Notes: generated from the sequence alone by a model not told the origin. A DNA stretch of 64,000 nucleotides from Candidatus Bathyarchaeota archaeon (GCA_963769425.1 CAVYLP010000006.1:448001-512000); one strand, 5' to 3'; shown: positions 10,191-20,408, numbered from the stretch's first letter. Made by a program: numbers and translations.

Positions 10191-11216
10191 TTGGGCGTCA
10201 ACCTCACCCCGATAATCGAGAAGAGGGTCGTTACCCTCGACGACCTCCGGGGGAGGAGCTTCGCCGTGGACGGCTTCGTGGTTCTCCACCAGTTCCTCGC
10301 CCTGATCAGGGGGCGGGACGGGCAGCCACTGACGGATGCCACTGGTAGGACGACGAGCCACCTAGTCGGTCTCGCCTTCCGCACAACCCGTCTTATAGCT
10401 GACTATGGTATGAGCCTCGCCTTCGTCTTCGATGGGCGCCCACCCCAGCTCAAGAGAGCGGAGGTGGAGAAGCGCCGCGTGATCAGGGAGAGATTCGAGG
10501 AGGAGTACAGGGAGGCTGTCGCGGCGGGTGACTACAAGGCGGCGATGAGCAAGGCCGTGATGACGGGGCGCCTCACGGGTGAGGGGATAGTGGACGCGAA
10601 GAGGCTACTCGACCTCCTCGGAATCCCATGGGTTCAGGCCCCGAGCGAGGGGGAGGCACAGGCTGCCTACATGGCGGCGAGGGGGGATGTTTGGGCCTCG
10701 AACAGCCAGGACTACGACAGCCTACTCTTCGGCACCCCCCGCCTCGTGCGCTACATCACCATACAAGGGGAGGAGTGGCTCCCAAGCAAGGGGCGTGCTC
10801 GCAAGCTCCTGCCCGAGATCATAGAGCTCGAGCCATTTCTGTCAACCCTTAAGCTCACGCGGGGGCAACTCATCGACTTAGGGATACTCGTCGGCACTGA
10901 CTTCAACCCGGGCATCAGAGGCATAGGGCCTAAGACGGCGCTCAAGCTCCTAAGGAAGCACGGGCGCCTAGAGGACCTCCCACCCGAGATCAGAGATCAG
11001 CTAACCCCAGATATAGACGCTATAAGGGATCTCTACATCAACCCACCCGCCACCGACAAATACAGCCTTGAAGAGAAGCCAGTGCAAGAGCAGGAGCTCA
11101 TTAAGTTCCTCTGCGACGAGCGGAGCTTCAGCAGGGAGAGGGTGGAGACAATGATCACAAGGATGAGGGGGGCGCGCGGACAGAAGCGGCTTAGCGACTG
11201 GTTCGGGGGACCCTGA
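10191..11216 (+). CDS. fen: Flap endonuclease 1
   Basis: MGV start, FVFDG, APSEGEAQAA, SQDYDSLLFG, GTDFN.GI.GIGPK, C-terminal PIP box QKRLSDWF. Confidence 0.95.
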   Translation: MGVNLTPIIEKRVVTLDDLRGRSFAVDGFVVLHQFLALIRGRDGQPLTDATGRTTSHLVGLAFRTTRLIADYGMSLAFVFDGRPPQLKRAEVEKRRVIRERFEEEYREAVAAGDYKAAMSKAVMTGRLTGEGIVDAKRLLDLLGIPWVQAPSEGEAQAAYMAARGDVWASNSQDYDSLLFGTPRLVRYITIQGEEWLPSKGRARKLLPEIIELEPFLSTLKLTRGQLIDLGILVGTDFNPGIRGIGPKTALKLLRKHGRLEDLPPEIRDQLTPDIDAIRDLYINPPATDKYSLEEKPVQEQELIKFLCDERSFSRERVETMITRMRGARGQKRLSDWFGGP

Positions 11217-12796
11217 TGGCCACCCCATTCTCCCGCCTCGCGGAGCTCTGCGGCGCCCTCGAGGCCACGACGAAGCGCACCGAGAAGACCCGCCTCATAG
11301 CCGAGTTCTTACGTGGCCTCTCTCCAAACGAGGTAGCGCCAGCTGTACTCCTTATTGTTGGCCAGGTCTTCCCTGAGTTCGACCCACGCACTCTCGAGGT
11401 AGGCTGGGGCACAATGAAGCGCGTCCTCGAGAGGACTAAGCAGACGACCCTTCTCAGGGGGAGCCTCAGCATACGCCGCGTCCACGAGGCCCTCAGTGAG
11501 ATAGCGCAGACTAAGGGGTCCCAGTCTAGGAAGCTGAAGGAGCGGTTACTCGTCGGGCTCATCAGCGACGCGAGCCAGGGGGAGGTTGAGGTACTCGTCA
11601 AGATCATCTTCGGGGAGATGCGGATCGGGGTAAACGAGGGGGTGATGCTCGACGCCCTCGCCGAGGCAAGCGGCGCCCCGCTCCCACTCGTTAGGCGCGC
11701 CCTCATGCTCACGGGGAACCTCGGGGAGGTCGCCCTCGTAGCCGTTACACAAGGGGAGAAGGGGTTTGAGGGAATCAAGCCCGAACTATTCGTCCCTCTA
11801 AAGCCGATGCTCGCGGAGACCGCCGACGACCCGGAGGAGGCCATAGAGGAGCACGGGGGGCGCACCGTCTTCGAGTACAAGTTCGACGGCGCACGCGTCC
11901 AGATACACCGCCTCGGAGATGAGGTGAGGATATTCAGCAGGCGCCTCAGCGACGTGACCGAGAGCGTTCCCGACGTAGTCAACATCGTCCAGAGATTCCT
12001 CCCCAAAGTCGGGATCATAGTCGAGGGGGAGATAACCGCCGTCGGCCCCGGGGGGAAGCCCCTCCCTTTCCAGGACCTCATGCGCCGATTCACACGCGTA
12101 CAAGACGTGGAGAAAGCGATCGAGCAGATCCCCCTCAAGCTCCATCTATTCGACGTCCTCTACCTTGACGGCACCCTACTCATCGACGAGCCCTACGAGA
12201 CGCGCTGGGCCATACTCAGCAAGATCGCCCCGGTGGAACTGCTCGCGGAGAGGACGGTGACGAACAGCCCCGCGGAGGCGAAGGCCTTCCTGAAGGCTGC
12301 GATGAAGGCGGGGCACGAGGGGCTGATGGCGAAGCGCCTAGACAGTCACTACAATCCGGGGGCTCGGGGCAAGGACTGGCTCAAGCTCAAGCCCGCGGAG
12401 TCGGTTGACCTCGTTATCATAGCGGCGGATTGGGGCTCGGGGCGGAGGAGAGGCTGGCTGAGCAACTACCATCTCGCCGCCCGGGACGGTGACGAGTGGA
12501 AGGTGGTAGGCAAGACGTTCAAGGGGCTCACCGACGAAGAGTTCCGCTGGATGACGAAGCGGCTACAAGCCATCAAGGTGAGCGAGACAGACTACACAGT
12601 CTCGGTGCGCCCCGAGGTCGTCGTCGAGGTAACCTTCAACGAGGTCCAGCGCAGTCCCCACTACAAGAGCGGCTTCGCCCTCAGGTTCGCACGCATAACA
12701 CGGATACGCAACGATAAGGGGCCGCTGGACGCCGAGACCCTCGACCAGATAAGGGCACACTACAAGAGGCAGTTCAGGGTTAAGGATCAGCTTTAG
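11216..12796 (+). CDS. lig: ATP-dependent DNA ligase
   Basis: EYKFDGARVQIH adenylation motif, EGLMAK, WLKLK, ALRFARITRIR; TGATG overlap with fen. Confidence 0.93.
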   Translation: MATPFSRLAELCGALEATTKRTEKTRLIAEFLRGLSPNEVAPAVLLIVGQVFPEFDPRTLEVGWGTMKRVLERTKQTTLLRGSLSIRRVHEALSEIAQTKGSQSRKLKERLLVGLISDASQGEVEVLVKIIFGEMRIGVNEGVMLDALAEASGAPLPLVRRALMLTGNLGEVALVAVTQGEKGFEGIKPELFVPLKPMLAETADDPEEAIEEHGGRTVFEYKFDGARVQIHRLGDEVRIFSRRLSDVTESVPDVVNIVQRFLPKVGIIVEGEITAVGPGGKPLPFQDLMRRFTRVQDVEKAIEQIPLKLHLFDVLYLDGTLLIDEPYETRWAILSKIAPVELLAERTVTNSPAEAKAFLKAAMKAGHEGLMAKRLDSHYNPGARGKDWLKLKPAESVDLVIIAADWGSGRRRGWLSNYHLAARDGDEWKVVGKTFKGLTDEEFRWMTKRLQAIKVSETDYTVSVRPEVVVEVTFNEVQRSPHYKSGFALRFARITRIRNDKGPLDAETLDQIRAHYKRQFRVKDQL

Positions 12797-12814
12797 GAAC
12801 CCGAGAAACTCCAA

Positions 12815-13213
12815 TCAAACTGGGAAATGTTTAACTTCAACCTCTTTGGTCTTTCTCAACTCACTGTCCGTTGTAAGGAGCAGACCATTCACTCTCTTTG
12901 TTAGGGTCAGAGCATAGCAATCGGCCAGAGATAGATCGAGTTCTCTCCGGCACTTTTCAAGACCAGCGAGCCGATCCAATCCAGGGTCATTCACAACCTC
13001 GATTTCGCTCTCGATCACCATGTTATACCGGGTATCGGCAGTCTGCCTCCCGAGGGTTTGACACGTCTTGTAGTAAAACTCAGCGAGGTTGATCCCTGCG
13101 ACGTGTCCGAGGGCTTCTCCCTCACTGATCCTTTTGAAGTACGGTAGGACCCGCTCGTCCCTCAGGAAAAACAGGTTGAAGACCCCTGCGTCGAGGACTA
13201 TGTTATTCCTCAC
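12815..13213 (-). CDS. PIN-domain (VapC-like) toxin
   Basis: VLDAG, INLAE, LSLADCYA, LLTTD PIN acidic residues. Confidence 0.85.
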   Translation of the reverse strand: MRNNIVLDAGVFNLFFLRDERVLPYFKRISEGEALGHVAGINLAEFYYKTCQTLGRQTADTRYNMVIESEIEVVNDPGLDRLAGLEKCRRELDLSLADCYALTLTKRVNGLLLTTDSELRKTKEVEVKHFPV

Positions 13214-13445
13214 GGGCTTCCCGCCTGTGTTCCTCGTTTAATTCACGGACCGCCTTTTTGATCTCCTCGGCATGCGCCTCATCTATCCCGTAATAATCGA
13301 TGAGTCTCTTCTTTGGGACTAAAAGGACATATCCCTCCTCTTCGACGAAGCTGACCTTGTCTCCCTCCTTGATGCCGTATTTTCGCATTATCTTGGCTGG
13401 GATGGTAACCATGCTCCGACTGGTCACCGTGGCGGTCTCGGTCAT
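13203..13445 (-). CDS. AbrB/MazE/SpoVT-family antitoxin
   Basis: VTSRSMVTIPAKIMRKYGIKEGDKVSF swapped-hairpin motif; overlaps the PIN gene. Confidence 0.85.
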   Translation of the reverse strand: MTETATVTSRSMVTIPAKIMRKYGIKEGDKVSFVEEEGYVLLVPKKRLIDYYGIDEAHAEEIKKAVRELNEEHRREAREE

Positions 13446-13450
13446 ACTTT

Positions 13451-13514
13451 ACCATGAATAGAGTGGAAAACCATGCATTTATTCATTTGCATGGTATTTT
13501 TATCGCTGCATGGT
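13451..13514. promoter_or_regulatory. Putative autoregulatory operator of the TA pair
   Basis: ACCATG at 13451 and 13470, CATGGT at 13490 and 13509 (19-20 bp spacing), immediately upstream of the antitoxin start. Confidence 0.55.
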
Positions 13515-13590
13515 TTTATGCTAATTGCATTGACCTCCACATAGGCGGTGCAAAGAAGTCTTAATCCCCTCGTGGCGTTGTTTAGAAGCC

Positions 13591-14523
13591 GTGAAGCTCG
13601 TTCTATTCAGGGAATCGGAAGAAGAGGTGTGCCCCGGTCTCATCACGGACCGCGGCGTCGTGAACATCTCGCCGGCTGTTCAGCCGGGATGCACCCCCGA
13701 GCAGACGATGGAGGGCATAATAAACTACTTCGACTCGCTGCGGCCGAAGCTCGAGTGGCTCGCCACGGAGGGAAAGGCTACGCCTCTGGACAAGGTGCGG
13801 TTGCTCCCCCCACTTCCCAGGCCGGGGAAGATACTCGCCTGCATCGCCAACTACTGGGAGCATGCACAGCGTGAGCCCCGGCAGCTCAACATGTTCCTAA
13901 AGAGCCCCGACGCTGTCGTGGGCCCCGGGGACACCATCAGGCTCCCCGACTTCACGGAGCCTTGGGAGTTCATGCACGAGGCCGAGCTGGCTGTAGTCAT
14001 CAAGGGGCCGGCGAAGATGGTGAGTAGGAAGGACTGGCGGAGCGCCGTCTTCGGCTACACCTGCCTGATAGACGTCTCCGCCCGAGAGCAGGGGAGGAGG
14101 ACGTGGAGGGCGGGGAGCTGGCTGGGGAAGAGCTTCGACACCTTCGCCCCCATCGGCCCATGCATCACCACGGCGGACGAGATACCCGAGCCAAACGACC
14201 TCATAGTAAGGTTCTGGGACGACGGGCAGCTCCGCCACAACTACAGCACAGACGACATGGAGCACCGAGTCCCCGAGCTAGTCGAGTTCGCATCGAAGGC
14301 GATCACCCTCAACTCGGGGGACCTCATCTCCTGCGGCACTAACCACGAGGGGCTCGGTGCCCTGCAGGACGGGGAGACGGTAGAGATTGAGATCGAGAAG
14401 ATCGGGCGCATGTCCCTGAAGGTGGAGGACCCCCTCAAGCGGAAGTGGGAGCGCGGCGTCTACATGGGCGCCGACTCCACGAACCCGGAGGCGGTGAAGA
14501 GGAACCGCCCACAAACGGGCTGA
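13591..14523 (+). CDS. Fumarylacetoacetate hydrolase family protein
   Basis: GKILACIANY, HEAELAVVI, GKSFDTFAPIGP, GDLISCGT motifs. Confidence 0.88.
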   Translation: MKLVLFRESEEEVCPGLITDRGVVNISPAVQPGCTPEQTMEGIINYFDSLRPKLEWLATEGKATPLDKVRLLPPLPRPGKILACIANYWEHAQREPRQLNMFLKSPDAVVGPGDTIRLPDFTEPWEFMHEAELAVVIKGPAKMVSRKDWRSAVFGYTCLIDVSAREQGRRTWRAGSWLGKSFDTFAPIGPCITTADEIPEPNDLIVRFWDDGQLRHNYSTDDMEHRVPELVEFASKAITLNSGDLISCGTNHEGLGALQDGETVEIEIEKIGRMSLKVEDPLKRKWERGVYMGADSTNPEAVKRNRPQTG

Positions 14524-15946
14524 CTAGAACTGCTTGAGCGGTGGCTTGAGGTCGAGCGGGATCGGAGGCTTGTACTTCCGCCCCGCGAGGCGCGTCTTGA
14601 ACTCTGCCTTAACGTCCTTGAGAAGTTTCGGCTTGGTCATAAGGTCGAGTGCAGTGCCCGCCATCGTCTTAGTTGCGAACAGCAGCCCCTTGTGCCCGAT
14701 GCTCATGCCTCCCTGGGCGGTGAACTGCCAGCTGTGCCCGGGAGTGCCGAGCATGCAGGTGACGGTGCTGAACTCCTTCGTCGGCGTCACCCAGCTAACG
14801 TCGCGAGACGTCGGTGCTGCCTGCTCCGACCTCCCCCGCCTGATAGTCGTCGAGGATACGCTCGTCGAATAGCTCGTCGACGAGCTTCTCCCACCCGGGG
14901 CGCTTGCCCTTGCGGAGCCCCTCCTTCTTCTGGGCGGGGTCGATGCTCTTGTTCATCTCCTTGGCGAACTTGAGGTCCGCCTCGTCGTGCTTGGGGGCGC
15001 CGACCTCGCGCATGTTGGCGACGATGGTCTCGCAGAGCTTGCCGTTGGGGAGCTCGTTGTAGCATCCAGTGAGGAACTCGACCTTGTGGGTCGTGCGCGC
15101 CATCTTGTCCGCGCCGTCCGCGATCTGGAGGACCCAGTTGTAGATGGGCTCCATCTGCTCGCGCTCGGGGGCGCGGACGTAGTACCAGACGCGTGCGTAG
15201 GCGGGGACGACGTTCGGCTGGCCTCCGCCGACCTCGGTGACGTAGTGGACGCGGGCCTTCTCGATGACGTGCTCGCGCATGAAGTTGACGCCGTTGCTCA
15301 TGAGCTCGACCGCGTCGAGGGCGCTGATGCCGTTCTCGGGGTCACCTGCCGAGTGTGCGGTCTTGCCGTAGAAGTGGACCTTGAAGCTGTTCATGGAGTT
15401 GCTGCTGCCGGTGCCCGCGGTGTTTGCGGAGCCGGGGTGGTGGCTGATGCAGGCGTCGACGCCGTTGAAGAGGCCGTGGCGGGTCATCCAAACCTTGCCG
15501 ACGAGGGTCTCCTCGGCTGGGCACCCGTACATCTTGATTGTGCCCTTGATCTTCCCCTCCTCCATCGCGGCCTTCATCGCGACCGCCGCGGTGAGTGCGG
15601 TTGTGCCGTGCATGTTGTGGCCGCAGCCGTGGCCAGGAGCACCCTCCTTGACCGGCTCCTTGTAGGGGACGGCCTTCTGGCTGAGCCCCGCGAGGGCGTC
15701 CAGCTCACCCATTAACCCGATGGTTGGACCACCCTCTCCGTTGCTCCAGGTCGCCACGAAGGCTGTGGGCATGTCCGCCACGCCCCTGTCGACCTTGAAG
15801 CCCTTCTTCTCGATCCAGTCGGAGAAGAGCTTGCTCGTGTTCGTCTCCTGGAGGCCTACCTCGGCGTACTCCCACGCCTTGTTGCTGATCTTTATGATCT
15901 CCTTCTCGTTCTCTTCCACCCAGTTGAAGGCTTTTTGCTTGGACAA
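14524..15946 (-). CDS. M20D amidohydrolase (AbgB-like), split by frameshift near 14803
   Basis: ELDAL, GHGCGHN, GCPAEE, GGQPNVVP; GSTDV|DVSWVTPT spans the shift into ORF 14524..14790. Confidence 0.85.
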
Positions 15947-16098
15947 ATCAATCGGGATTATCTAGCCCTGTTTAGGGTATAAAACCAGCGACGGACTATA
16001 TCCCACGGGAAACGCTAACGCGGCCACCATAGTAGCACTACATAGGCAGTGCCTCCTGCCCAACACGCTTTTAAATACCGCCGAAGCAATCCCCACAG

Positions 16099-16433
16099 GT
16101 GAAGAGAGGAATGACGCACCTCCAATATCTACCGGCGGAGTCGAAGACCTCCGCAGACTCCTTCTAAGGACCCTAAACGATAACCAGCTACTCATACTCA
16201 GCAAGGTAGCATCCAACAATCGACCCCTAACGGGACTCCTCATAAGCCTCTCAAGGGAGACTGGTATACCCCTGTCAACCCTGAAGTTAAACGCCCGCAT
16301 CCTCCGTGAACTCAACCTCATCAGCTACGGCTCGGTAGGGGAGAAGCGCCAAGCCGAGGTCGAGCCCGTTGGAAGCCTCATCCTAAGACTCATGGACGCC
16401 CCCGAGAGCGCTAAGATCAGGCTCTACGATTAG
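16099..16433 (+). CDS. Winged-helix protein missed by the ORF track (1-nt deletion near 16140)
   Basis: VEDLRRLLLRTLNDNQLLILSKV...LSRETGIPLSTLKLNARILRELNLI...* to TAG 16431-16433; GTG 16099/ATG 16111 lie in the adjacent frame; TTTAAATA box at ~16070. Confidence 0.65.
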
Positions 16434-16506
16434 CTGCACCCACCCTTCAGCCCACCGTAAACCCTCACTCATTTAAGCCTGTGAAGCCACCTAGAGATCA
16501 TTCTCG

Positions 16507-18231
16507 GTGGATGAGAGCATGGGCGAGATAAAGATACTCCTGGGCTTCGAAGTCGGAACCGGCAAAGAGGTACACATGAGCCTCCACCACACCGTTATAA
16601 CGGGGATGACACAGCTTAGCGGCAAGACCACCACCCTTGAGGCCATCATCAGCCGCGCTAACAGGCGCGCAATCGCCTTCAAGACGAAGCGGGGTGAATC
16701 CGGCTTCAACAGCTACCGCGAGATACCCCCATTCTTCGAGGAGAGAGCCGACTGGCAGTACGTGTCAACCCTACTCGAGGCCGTCATGCGGGAGAAGATG
16801 AAGTTCGAGCGCCCCTGGATAATGAAGGCCACGCAGGGCACCAAGAGCCTGCGCGAGGTCCTCGAGAACGTCCAGATGCTCCGCTCCGAGGCGACCAAAC
16901 AGCTTCCAGAGAACGTCTATACCGCCCTCGAGGAGTACCTCAAGATCGTCGTCCCCCAGATAGAGAAGTTCAGGTTCAGCAAGACCCTCGACATCATCGA
17001 CGGCATTAACGTCATGGACCTCACCGAGATGACCCTTGAGCTCCAAGGGCTCGTCATCCAGAGTACCATGGAGTACGTCATCAATAACCTCCACGAGACC
17101 ATCCTTATCGTCCCCGAGGCCTGTGAACACATCCCCCAGGGTAGGAACACCCCCGTCAAACTATATGCCGAGACCTTCATCAGGAAGGGCGCCGCAATCG
17201 GCAACTACCTCTTCATAGACAGCCAGGACATCGCCGGCATCGACAAGATGCCCCTCCGCCAATGCAACAACTGGATACTCGGAAGGCAGCGCGAGGGCCA
17301 CGAGGTGGAGAGAGTCCGCGAGCAGATCGGGAGGAACAAGATAGACGCCGAGGAGATCAGGACCCTGCCCCTCGGCCACTTCCTCGCCATCCTCGGCGAC
17401 GATGTGAAGAGGGTTTACGTCCTCCCCGCTGGGGTCCCCGCAAAGATTGGGCGCCGCGTCGCAATGGGAGAAATGGCCGTCACAGACGCGGGCAAGTACA
17501 TGAACAACCCCTCCCCCGAGGAGGAACAAGCACCGGGGGCACAGACGGGCATCCGACGCTTTCTCCCCGCTCCAGGAGGCGACCGCGCCCTACGCCGAGT
17601 CGAGGAGTTGGATATGAAGCTCGCTCGAAGGGACAACGAGTTCTCCCTACTCCGAACGGAGGTCGATGGGCTCCGCAAGGAACTCATAACCAGCACCGCG
17701 AAGCTGGAGCAGCTCATGAGACAGCAGGAGACCACTGAGCAAAGGGCCGCAAAGAGCCAGGTGCCTGCCGTCCGCCCAGGCTTCACCATCGACGACCTGA
17801 ACCAACTCATAGATCAGCGTATGCACCAGATAATCCAGTATGATAAGCCCACCGTATTCACACAGGTCGACGTCTCTGGGAGGTTCAAAGAGGTCATAAG
17901 GGAGCGCTTCGTCCGCGAGCTCGGCCTCAGAATCAGGGCCCTCCCCCCGTCCACGATACACGCGGCGATGGTTGTACATGAGAGGAAAGGCATCAAGAGG
18001 GGAGATCTCTACAGCTTTCTCCACGGAGGCAACGGTAGGATAAACGACGACTTCTACGCCGAGCTCCAGACCCTCGAGGACGCTCGCCTAGTAGTCTACA
18101 GCAAGGAGACGGGCATTATCCATTGGGCCCTCGGAGAGTACTTGAAGAGGGAACTCGGCGCCATCTACGACGAGGCCGCGGTAAAACAGGCGGAGGACTA
18201 CCTCGCCAGTCTACTGCTCCCGGCTAACTGA
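16507..18231 (+). CDS. HerA/FtsK/VirB4-like P-loop ATPase with coiled coil and C-terminal helical/wHTH-like region
   Basis: HTVITGMTQLSGKTT Walker A, ILIVPEA Walker B position, IRKG, DSQDIAGIDK..LRQCNNWILGRQ motif; heptad-rich central segment. Confidence 0.7.
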   Translation: MDESMGEIKILLGFEVGTGKEVHMSLHHTVITGMTQLSGKTTTLEAIISRANRRAIAFKTKRGESGFNSYREIPPFFEERADWQYVSTLLEAVMREKMKFERPWIMKATQGTKSLREVLENVQMLRSEATKQLPENVYTALEEYLKIVVPQIEKFRFSKTLDIIDGINVMDLTEMTLELQGLVIQSTMEYVINNLHETILIVPEACEHIPQGRNTPVKLYAETFIRKGAAIGNYLFIDSQDIAGIDKMPLRQCNNWILGRQREGHEVERVREQIGRNKIDAEEIRTLPLGHFLAILGDDVKRVYVLPAGVPAKIGRRVAMGEMAVTDAGKYMNNPSPEEEQAPGAQTGIRRFLPAPGGDRALRRVEELDMKLARRDNEFSLLRTEVDGLRKELITSTAKLEQLMRQQETTEQRAAKSQVPAVRPGFTIDDLNQLIDQRMHQIIQYDKPTVFTQVDVSGRFKEVIRERFVRELGLRIRALPPSTIHAAMVVHERKGIKRGDLYSFLHGGNGRINDDFYAELQTLEDARLVVYSKETGIIHWALGEYLKRELGAIYDEAAVKQAEDYLASLLLPAN

Positions 18232-18688
18232 CCCTGTGGTCGTAGTCCATGTCCGGCGTCTTCACTGGGCGGGTGACGAGCGTACCGTCCTCAATGCTCC
18301 ACTCCCGGAGCCCAGCATACTCGATACCGTTTTCCTCAAGTATCTTACGCGCCGTCTCTCCCTCGTTGGAGGGGACGTAGACGAAGAGCTTCTTGAATCT
18401 CTCACCCATCCCCGTCCTCTCCGATAGTAGCCTCCACTTCGCCACGAGGTCGGGGGTGACCTCCATCTCGACCTCACCGATCTCCCGAATGTTTCCGTCT
18501 GGGTTTAGGACGACGACGCTCGGGTAGACCTTCCCCTTAGGGCCATCGACAGCGTAGTTCCTCTCCCGGCTCGTGTTGACGATGGTGCGCCTATCCTCGT
18601 CCCACGTCGTTTGGTCTATGAAAGGGAACCTCGTGGCCCCTATTATCCTCGAAATCCTGCCCCTGAGTACGTCCTTCGGCGGGAGCAT
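18224..18688 (-). CDS. Hypothetical protein, possible PD-(D/E)XK-like fold
   Basis: 154-aa ORF with coding-like composition; YPSVVV...IGEVE and LFVYVP pattern. Confidence 0.55.
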   Translation of the reverse strand: MLPPKDVLRGRISRIIGATRFPFIDQTTWDEDRRTIVNTSRERNYAVDGPKGKVYPSVVVLNPDGNIREIGEVEMEVTPDLVAKWRLLSERTGMGERFKKLFVYVPSNEGETARKILEENGIEYAGLREWSIEDGTLVTRPVKTPDMDYDHRVS

Positions 18689-18710
18689 GAGGGATAGTTG
18701 ACCGCCCCAC

Positions 18711-20408
18711 TTATGATTTCTGCGCCGAGTGCTCCCTCGCGTAGTCGTCCATCGCCCTCTGGAGGCGGCGCTCTATCTCCGCCTCGACGGCGACGCGGTC
18801 AACCTTCCCCATGCCCGTCAGGGGGAGGCTGTCCACGATGTCAATTCTCCCCGGGACTTGGTAGGGCTGGAGTCTAGCCCTGCACAGTTCAACGAGCCTA
18901 GCTTGAACACCCTCAGGGTCTAGGCTCTTCTTCAAAACGACGAGCGCCTGGATGTCGGTGTTGCACCGCAACGGATCAGGAGCTCCGACCGCCACCGCGG
19001 CCTCGACGTCTGGGCTGCTGAGCAGGACATCCTCGACCTCGACGGGCCAGACGGTGTGCCCAGCGGCGACTATTCGATCCCTCATGCGGCCCATGACGTA
19101 GAGCCAGCCCACTTCGTCGACGTGGACCACGTCACCGGTGTGGAGCCAGCCGTCGACGAGAACCCTCGCGGTCTCCTCGGGCGACTTCCAGTATCCTTTC
19201 ATTATCTGGGGGCCGCGGACGAAAAGCTCCCCCGCCTTCCCCGGTGCGACCTCAATCTCCCCGACCTGCGTATCCACGACCCTTACCTCAGTGTCGGGGT
19301 AAGCCATGCCCGCGCTCAGGTAGTTTCGCTCCCCCTCGATAGGTGTGGCGTGGGTCGCCGGGCCGGCCTCGGTAAGGCCGTAGCCCTGGTAAAATTTCGC
19401 ACCTGTAACTGCCTCGAACCTCTTCATCAGGTCCGGTGAAATCGAGGCTCCCCCGCTCGAGGCCGTCGTGACACTGCTTAGGTCGTAGCTTCCGAGTCTG
19501 GGGTGTTCGAGTATCTCGGTGACGAATCGCGGGATTAGGGGCATGTGTGTGACCCTATGCCTCTGGACGGCCTCTAATATCGCCTCCGGCTTAGGGTTGG
19601 GGACGACGACAAGTGTACAGCCGAAGCTCACCGCCTCGTTCATGATGTTCAGCCCGTAGCTGTGGAACCAGGGGACCGCGCAGAGGATGAGGGGCCACCC
19701 CTCGGGCTGAGGCTTGGCGCTGTAGCCCCAGCCCCTGAGCCAGTAGTAACTCTGGAGGGCGTTAGCAACAAGGGCGTAGTGGGTGAGCATCACGCCCTTC
19801 GGCTGCCCGGTTGTCCCGGATGTGTACAAGATAGCGGCGACGTCCTCCTTCGAGTCGACTAGGATTGGCTGTGCGGCACCCCCAACAATCAACTCGTCAA
19901 ACCTCAGCGCACCAGCTGGGGGCTTCCCCCGGTACACCAACCCGCTCAGGAACCGCATGTGCACGGGCGCGTACTCCGCCGCCTCGGCGATTATCACTTT
20001 ACCCGAGTAGTCCTTCGGAAGCCTATCCATCAGCCTGTCGAGGCCGACGAGGACCTTGCAATCCGTCTCCGTGAGTTCTCTGCCGATCTCCTCGACAGGG
20101 TTGAGGGGGTTGACGGGGACCACTATGGCCCCAGCGGCAAGTGCACCGTTGAAGGCTATTAGGAACTGAGGGGTGTTCGCAAGCAGAAGCCCGACGCGTT
20201 CACCCTTGGCAACTCCCAGACGCTTGAGGTGGCCTGCGAATCTGAGTGCCTTCCCCCATAACTCAGAGTAGGTGACGCCGTTGCCGAGGTAGAGCGCCCC
20301 GACCCTCCCCGGGAACTTCCTAGCGCTGTTCTCTAAGAACTCGTATAGGGACATCTCTGGGTACTCGATGCTCCTAGGCACGCCTGGGGGGTAGAACCGG
20401 GCCATCAA
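18711..20408 (-). CDS. Long-chain acyl-CoA synthetase (AMP-binding)
   Basis: YTSGTTGQPKG, QGYGLTE, GELFVRGPQIMKGYW, GWLHTGD motifs. Confidence 0.9.
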   Translation of the reverse strand: MMARFYPPGVPRSIEYPEMSLYEFLENSARKFPGRVGALYLGNGVTYSELWGKALRFAGHLKRLGVAKGERVGLLLANTPQFLIAFNGALAAGAIVVPVNPLNPVEEIGRELTETDCKVLVGLDRLMDRLPKDYSGKVIIAEAAEYAPVHMRFLSGLVYRGKPPAGALRFDELIVGGAAQPILVDSKEDVAAILYTSGTTGQPKGVMLTHYALVANALQSYYWLRGWGYSAKPQPEGWPLILCAVPWFHSYGLNIMNEAVSFGCTLVVVPNPKPEAILEAVQRHRVTHMPLIPRFVTEILEHPRLGSYDLSSVTTASSGGASISPDLMKRFEAVTGAKFYQGYGLTEAGPATHATPIEGERNYLSAGMAYPDTEVRVVDTQVGEIEVAPGKAGELFVRGPQIMKGYWKSPEETARVLVDGWLHTGDVVHVDEVGWLYVMGRMRDRIVAAGHTVWPVEVEDVLLSSPDVEAAVAVGAPDPLRCNTDIQALVVLKKSLDPEGVQARLVELCRARLQPYQVPGRIDIVDSLPLTGMGKVDRVAVEAEIERRLQRAMDDYAREHSAQKS

